This document shows, piece after piece, positions 52,337-58,972 of a stretch of 58,972 nt of DNA (the stretch's first letter is position 1; each line of letters starts with the position of its first letter). The notes under the pieces were generated by a model. The model had not been told where the DNA came from and did not search any database. It saw only the letters and a list, made by a program, of their open reading frames with translations. The position numbers and the translations under genes are program-made. Source of the DNA: Craspedostauros australis (taxonomy: Eukaryota); assembly GCA_030167865.1 (NCBI GenBank), contig JALAGF010002723.1, positions 1 to 58,972 on the forward strand. The letters run 5' to 3'.

Positions 52337-54677
52337 TTACGATGAGAAGTCGAAGCCTCCGGATGGCGGCGCACTGCCGTCCATGCCGAATCCGAACTGC
52401 CCATCCTCAGCCGTTGGTGCAAGGTCGGCCATTTCCCCCTCTTCCTCAACTCCGAAGTAGGTTTCGAGGATCTTGATGCACTTCTCGTAGATGTCGTTGT
52501 TGGAGTGCTGCTGCAGTTCCTCGATCTTGTTGAGGCCTTCGGCTTCCGAAACGAAGACCGCCATCTCATTGGGTTGACTGGTGACCTTGCTGTCCTCCTC
52601 CCCGACCTTGAGGATGTTCTCAAGGCCTTCGAGGGCGATGATGACGATCTTGGGGTCATTCACTGACAGCAAGTCGCAAAGAGGACGGATGCATCCCTGC
52701 TGGACGAGGAACTTGATCTGCTGGGGGTTGCCTCCGCTGGTGGCGTTGGAGATGGCCCAAGCAGCCTCTTTTCTGATGTCGAACTCGGCGTTGGTGAGGA
52801 GCTGGATGAGAGGGGGGATGATGTTGCTCTCGATGACGGCCTGGATCTGTTCCTTGTTTCCTGCCGTGATGTTGGAGATGGTCCAGCATGCTTCTTTTCT
52901 GATGCCCTTCTTCGGTGATGACAGGAGGGAAAGCAGACAGGGCAGCGCACTGTTGTTGATGATGAACTGCGTTTGCAGGTCGTTTCCAGTCACGATGTTT
53001 CCGACGGTTCGGAGCGCTGGTGTTTGCACGGCTGGGGAAGGATTCAGCAGCAGCTCCACCAAACGTCTGCAAACTCCGGCCTCGATCACTGCCTGGATCT
53101 TCTCGTTTGGACCGTCGCTGAGGTATGACAGCGCCCAGCAAGCGTCCGTGAGGACCTCCTCGTCCGGCGAGAAGATGAGCTGGGACAGCGTTGGCAGCGC
53201 AGGGCGGACCATGTCGAAGGCTGGCTGCGGCTTTCCGCGGCAAAAGTTGGACAAAGTCCAGGTCGCATTGCGCAGCATGCTGAGTTTGGAATTCTGGTGC
53301 AGCTGCTGCAGCAAGGGTTGCATGGCGCCCGCCTGCAGGACCAAGTCACGGCATGGCGGAGAGTCTCCGGCAATGTTACCCAGAGCCCACACAGCTTGCT
53401 CGCGCACGTCGTCATTGGGGCTGGAAAGGATGCGAACAAAGATTGGAACGGCTCCCACCTCCATGACAACTTTGGTGTGCTCCGACGTGCCGGAGGCAAT
53501 GTTCGTGAGCGCCCACGCAGCTTCGAATTGCAACGCTGGGTTGTCGTCGCGCTGGAGGAATTCAACGAAGCGTGGCACAACGTTGGCATCGATGACCTGC
53601 TGTATCGGCGGGTTCTTCTCAATGCTGAGCAAGCGGCGGAACTGAGTTGTGCATTCGGTCTGGATGGCAGGATCGTTTCCCATCACCCCCTGAACCATGG
53701 CGGGCAAGGCCTCCAACTTGGATGCGGTTGCTGCTGCCTGCATGTTGGCCTGCTGTTGCGATGATGACACCATCATGCTGGCGTAGGTCGAATCTCCCGA
53801 GTTCATCAGCATGCTCGCTGCGGCCATTCCTGCTGGAGTAGGCGCTGGTGCGGTGCCAGCGGGCATCTGCCGGCGCTTCGCCATGCGAGCATCCTTCTTG
53901 TTCTTTCTCAGCTGGAGAGTTGTCTCTTCACGTCGTCGGCGCCCCTCCTCTGTGTCCAGAGTCTTCTTGAACGCATTCTTGCGCTGTTCGGCCAGGATGG
54001 TAGACCACGATGGTAGACCACGATGGTAGACCATTGATGATGGACGATGGTACGAGAACGAGCACGTTGGCGGACAACATTGTCCAAGACCGAGAGATAT
54101 CGAGATTGGCATGAATGACGATTTATTGCAGTTTGCAAGTGTGAGCAAAGCAGAGTTGACGACAGGCAGCAAGAAGGCATGCACGCAGCACTCGAACCAG
54201 CAGCATGCGATCATTCCATTCGAGATACGGGCTTGGAAGAGCTAATGCGACTGAACCATTGGTAAAGTTGGTGGGCAGTGGGCTGAAACACGACGGCTGG
54301 TGGAGACCACCAAGGCTCCCCCATGCGAACCGTCCAGACATCCGTATTCGTAGCAGCAGAGCATCAGGCCCGTGACAGAAGAAGACAGGATCGCAGCAGC
54401 AGTAACAGCAGCACCATGGAGCAACACCGTTTCGCCGTTTTGTCTGTTGCCTTGTCGACTGCGCTGTTTTCGGCGTCGCTTTCCGTTTTGAATTTTGAAT
54501 CCGCCGAGTCAACGTCTCTGCTGCCGTCGTTCAATCAGTACCACGTCCTACGGATGCCATCTTGGTCACTCGTGGCAGACAGCATTCGCTCCTTTCGTGC
54601 CACCGTGTGGAGTGCGCCCGACGCTGTCGATCCCATGGTGGTTCACATACCTCTTCGACTTTGCCCGTGGTGTTCAT
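52337..54677 (-). CDS. Importin subunit alpha (karyopherin alpha); exons 54677-54651 and 53983-52337, ~557 aa
   Basis: Exon 1 [15 protein letters not shown] joins CAG|RKNAFKK, giving the IBB domain (EGRRRREE...LRKNKK...KRR). ARM repeats with [36 protein letters not shown] and [12 protein letters not shown]. Confidence 0.95.
53996..54034. repeat. Three tandem 13-bp units GATGGTAGACCA(C/T) in the importin-alpha intron
   Basis: gatggtagaccac-gatggtagaccac-gatggtagaccat read directly. Confidence 0.9.
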
Positions 54678-55465
54678 GTTGGCAGCGCTTGTTTCTTGAT
54701 TGCTTCCTTGGTGGTTTGCGATTTGTGATTTACCCTTTGGGGTTTGATGTTTGTGATCGTTGGTGCTGAACGGCTCCGCAGTCCAGCCTCGATTTGTGTG
54801 TGTGATTGCGCTCTTCGCGATGCTCGCTGTGTGTTGCTGTGCAGCGTTCCCTTTTCGGCTGCGTCTCTTGCGCTGTTGTTTTGGCCGTTGTGGGTCTTGG
54901 GAGCTCCGAGTGGTTTGTTGTCTCGTTGCTTTTCTCTTGGTGTGTTGTTTTGTCGTTTGAAATCGAAACCCACAGATCGGAGTGGACGGCTGATAACTGG
55001 AGCTCGCGGAAGACCTCGTCAATCATGTCTAAAAATATCTTCTGGGAATGGTTCAAAACGTGACATTTCTGGGGGTGGAGCGTTAAATTTCTCAAAATAA
55101 AAAGGGGGAGTACTGTAAATCCTCCCCATCAGTCTCCAAATTTAATTGACGCTGTTTTTCTCCGAAAACCCAATCGAGTCCCGAGTCCGAAGAGCAATGA
55201 CACCGACCTTTGGTGATCGTCATTTTCCGTTATTTGGGAAGTGTTGGACATGATACCACTCGTCGTCTCCCAATCGGCGATGCATCGAAGGTCGTTTCCA
55301 TAGATGCGGAGATCATTCCCTCACCAGCAACAACATCATTATCAGCAGCAGCATCAGCAGCAGCAGCAGTGAACGTGGAACCGAGACGTTCATGAGGTGC
55401 GAGCAGATTGAGAGAGACATCAACCAGCAAAGCAAAGCAACGATCGAAGAAAGAAAGCAGCAACC

Positions 55466-57044
55466 ATGGGGCTTCCAGAGACGATCGCCATCGGCATTGA
55501 CACCTTACAGGATCTCTTTGGCGCATTCAGCGATCAGGTGATGGGCAGAGGCATCGATAACTACGACGTCTCCAAGCTGCGGAACATCGACTGCTGGATG
55601 TTTCCGGAGGATCGCAAGTCCAGGTTCTTTCTGAATCCGTACGAAGATCATGTGTGCGCTGGCTCAGATTGGGTCGGTGAGTCCAACCATTTACGAGCCA
55701 CTGTTGGTAGTGACTGTGGTGATGGCGGCCATGATGACAGCGACAATCACTCTGACCATCGCTCCAACCAATACCTTCTTCATACTGTGTCCTCCCAGAT
55801 ATTTCCAGATATTATATGTACGAGGATGCAGCACTCCAACCATGATAACATCCTAAATCGAACCGATTCAATTCTCATCAATGCGTCCAACCTTCTCCCC
55901 ACGTTTCGTATTCCTCCTTCAATGCACGACGACAAACGGGATCGGCCGCCATTCGAAACGAACGAATCAACAAACAGTTTGGGTGATTCTGGCATGTATC
56001 ATCCATGTCCTTAGCTGGTCGGGAAGATGGTTCATCTACGAACCGCTCGCTGATGCGAGAATGAAGGGCAAATCTCCAACATGGGACCACAAGGCATGCC
56101 AAAAGTTCAGCGAGACCATGACGTGCAACGTCTTCTTCATCATCAGCGCCAGCCTCGGATGCAGAGTCATCTGGCCGAAGCATTGGTCGACCTCTTCGGT
56201 CGCATGGACAGACAATATCGATGATTGGAGTCTGCCAGGCGATTACAAATTCTTCTACATCCTGTACGGAGCAAGATTCACGTCCGATTTGATCTCCATA
56301 TTCTTCGAAAACAGACCAAGGGTAAGTTCTCGAAGCAGCAGCGCCATTGGTCGCATTGGCAAAGTGTGTTGAAGTGAGGCCACGAATGATGGCACAGCAC
56401 AGCGCGATGCCATGCAGCGGCAAAGACCAATCAACAGCAGCCTGCGCAAGAAAAGGACACTCTTCTATCATGATGCTCATTCTGGATCGACCACCACAAA
56501 ATCGAAACTCACAGGTCTGTCTTCTCACACTCATTTTGATCAAATCGGCCTTGAACTTCGATAATGCCATTGGAAATGCGCTCACGATTTCATCCGCGAT
56601 GAGCAGGGTACCTTCCTGTTGTCGTTCGCCCACCACGTGGTGACGATATCCCTCGTTCTGTTGACGGCAACTGCCAACTTCACCGAGTTCGCAGGCGTGG
56701 TCATGTTCTACTTCGATTGGGCCGATCCGCTCCTGCTGAGCGCCAAGGCATGTCGGTACATGTCGTTGGAATCTGATGGCCTTCTCAATACGATATCAGA
56801 TCGACTATTCGAGCTTTTTGCGGTCGTTTTCATCTTCACCCGCGGCGTGATCTACAACTTCATCGTTTATGTCGCCTGCAGGGATGGTCCACAGACACCT
56901 CTTGGAATTGGCGGCAAGGCCTTGCTCATCATCTTGGCGTTCATGCAAACTTACTGGATCGGACTGATCATCAAGGCGGCCTTGATTAAGAAGACGACAG
57001 GCAAGCTGGAAGACATTCAGAACAAGGAGAAGAAAGAGACGTAG
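55466..57044 (+). CDS. TLC-domain (LAG1/ceramide synthase-like) membrane protein; exons 55466-55676, [55809-55817], 55978-56321, 56607-57044, ~333 aa
   Basis: QKFSETMT, KFFYILYGARF, RPR|GTFLLSFAHHVVT (Lag1p HH), FDWADPLLLSAK (DxxD), FAVVFIFTR, QTYWIGLII and LEDIQ, plus a KKET di-lysine-like ER tail. All junctions are GT-AG and frame-consistent. Confidence 0.82.
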
Positions 57045-58034
57045 AGCAGTACCTCAAAATCTTGCAGTCAGGAGCAGACTGGTCGCTGCGAGTGCGTTTG
57101 GTATAGTGGCAATATGGAAGTGGCAGCAACAACAAAGACGTCAAGGCATCATTGCAGACCTCGCCGATTCATCATCCGCGCCAGCTATCCGCTCGTTGCC
57201 TTCGATTCCATCCATCATCGCAAGGGCGCATCTCCTCTTGTCATCGGATGTGCCAATACCTCAGGGACAATATTCCATAACACAAAAGATTATGTACGAG
57301 CTATACTGTATGATATTGGCTTGTCTACACAGCACCATTGCGCTCCAGAGTGCTTGTGCTCCACTGCAACAATGCACAAAGACGAGGCAAGCCTGCACCG
57401 TTGCAGACATTCTACTTCTTCTCAGCCTCCGCCTTGCGTCGCTATCGCTGTTGCCGCGGCAGAACATGCTGGTCGAAGTTCTTCCTGCCTCGGTGGGCCT
57501 GCGACTGGATGGGCGTGTGCGGCACTGGAATCACCATCCCCGATGGCATTGTCGATTCTTTCCCTGACGACACAAGATTTCCATCCAATTGTTGATTGGG
57601 AAGTTGAAGATACCGTCTCATACGCGGAGCGGTGCAATCAGATGAAAGAGGGACCATTCGCAGCGTGCAGCAGAGGATGATCGGGTACTCATAGTACCAT
57701 CCTTGCTCTTCGCGAAAGAACGATGGATGAATCTGAAGCACATTGGTGTTGCGACCCTGGATGGAACTTGGCGATGACCTCAGAAAATGTGAGCGCCAAA
57801 GATACCTGCAGGATCGAAATCAATTGTGTGGTGGGATTCAATCACCCAGCCGCCACCATGTGCTGTGATTGCTGTCGTTCTTGTAGATTTCAATGCAAAT
57901 GCATGGCACCACAGCACTCTATGTGATTCTGCTTGGAGCCCAATGCCATGCCATGCTATGTCCAGCAACACGATGCCATGTGCCAATTGGTCCCATCACA
58001 TGTCATTGCTCACTCGTATCGTGCTCGCCACTGC

Positions 58035-58972
58035 CTACCGATGTCTGGACTCCGAAATGTAGAGCTGGACGCTGCCGAAGTTCAGTTGACGAACCTCCTC
58101 CACCGCAAAGAAACCAGTACCAGTGCGAGAATTGTCATCCTCGTTTGACTTCCCACCACCAACGTTGTTTCCCTCCGCATCACACTCCAAGGTTTGCAAC
58201 AGCTCGGCGAAGTCCTTGGGATTGGGAAAGTCCTTGATGGAGTTTTGCAGATGCAGGTATTCACGCGGCTTCCCACTCAGCACTCCGCCGACGACGGGTA
58301 CGACGTGGCGGATGAAGAAGCGAGCGAAGTACCCCAGAATGCCCGACGTCTCTGGATCTGGTTCCGAAAACTCCAGCACGCAGAACACCGCATTCGGTCG
58401 CAACAACGTATGGATTTGGCAAAGGGCATCCTCGCGTTCTGGAACGTTGCGAATGCCAAATGACATGGTGGCGCCGTCAAACAGTTCGGCATCCTCGCCT
58501 TGCTGCTCACGATACGTCGCCACCAACTTGCGCGCATCCGCCACGCGTAACGAGATGCGATCGGCCATGCCGCGATGTGACACCTTGTCGCGTCCTACAT
58601 CCAGCATGTTCGACGACGGATCCACGCCCACGATCGTCGCATCGGGCATGGCCTTGCCCAGCAGCAGCGCCACGTCGGCCGTGCCCGTCGCCACATCCAG
58701 CAGCCGGCGTGCCGTCGTTGTCTTGCGCTGCACGACCTGCACCATCTCCTCACGCCAACCAATGTCCATGTTCATGGCCAGCACGCGGTTGATGGTATCG
58801 TAGCGCGTCGCGATCTGATCGAACATGCTGCCGGTGCCAAAGTCGGTCGGCGGCGTTGCGACGGACAGCTTGCGGACCTGGTACGTGAAGATGCCCAGCA
58901 GGGGCATGATCACGATGGCGGCCTTGACGGTCCAGTTCAATTGCAGCGGCTTGGGCTGGCGCACTGGGATCG
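58035..58972 (-). CDS. UbiE/COQ5/MenG-family C-methyltransferase; 5' end lies beyond the window
   Basis: MFDQIATRYDTINRVLA, LLDVATGTADVA, GVDPSSNML, SFGIRNV, VLEFSEP and YLHLQNSIKDF. Confidence 0.9.
   Translation of the reverse strand, partial: IPVRQPKPLQLNWTVKAAIVIMPLLGIFTYQVRKLSVATPPTDFGTGSMFDQIATRYDTINRVLAMNMDIGWREEMVQVVQRKTTTARRLLDVATGTADVALLLGKAMPDATIVGVDPSSNMLDVGRDKVSHRGMADRISLRVADARKLVATYREQQGEDAELFDGATMSFGIRNVPEREDALCQIHTLLRPNAVFCVLEFSEPDPETSGILGYFARFFIRHVVPVVGGVLSGKPREYLHLQNSIKDFPNPKDFAELLQTLECDAEGNNVGGGKSNEDDNSRTGTGFFAVEEVRQLNFGSVQLYISESRHR

Noticed and set aside
52581-53645. Long antisense ORFs over real genes (also 2465-3553, 21244-21942, 21999-22913) and the off-frame sense ORF 10436-12049
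   Set aside because: Shadow ORFs expected from GC-rich third codon positions; the overlapping frame encodes a clearly recognisable or strongly patterned protein.
53996-54034. Short palindromic repeats considered as CRISPR-like
   Set aside because: The units are contiguous with no spacers, only 13 bp long, in a eukaryotic intron, with no cas genes nearby.
55105-55127. GGGGAG...CTCCCC inverted repeat in the AT-rich divergent promoter between importin-alpha and the TLC gene
   Set aside because: Only a 6-bp stem, expected by chance; not enough to call a regulatory element or MITE end.
57106-57986. Several 60-190-aa ORFs between the TLC gene and the UbiE-like gene (similarly 34969-35655 and 50582-52046)
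   Set aside because: No domain motifs, coding-like bias or coherent splice pattern; treated as UTR/intergenic.

Overview
Gene-dense eukaryotic nuclear DNA, almost certainly from a diatom or a closely related ochrophyte. The evidence is GT-AG introns, bipartite signal+Phe plastid presequences and an RGQ-like RING-GAF regulator. I can support 17 protein-coding genes: an M14 metallopeptidase, a KEA/CPA2 K+/H+ antiporter, TRM5, a small plastid Cys-rich protein, a giant ~3750-aa repeat protein, MPP-beta, CDC73, COX6A, clathrin light chain, ATG9, an ankyrin-Ariadne RBR E3, plastid FabG, a secreted CIA30-like protein, an RGQ-like regulator, importin-alpha, a TLC/ceramide-synthase-like protein and a 5'-truncated UbiE-family methyltransferase. 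Several exon structures missing from the ORF track were rebuilt by hand from splice sites and frame. The standout is the 11.2-kb single-ORF gene at 9358-20622. It encodes a largely disordered, membrane-anchored protein built from two short helical motifs that alternate (KSLSxAVVQRLA / TLAEALGLPLEKP and GSLAAALGMxVDPS variants) and carries a recent ~0.8-kb internal duplication. I cannot assign it to a known family. No rRNA, tRNA, CRISPR array or transposase was recognised. All family calls come from motif recognition; no database searches were run.
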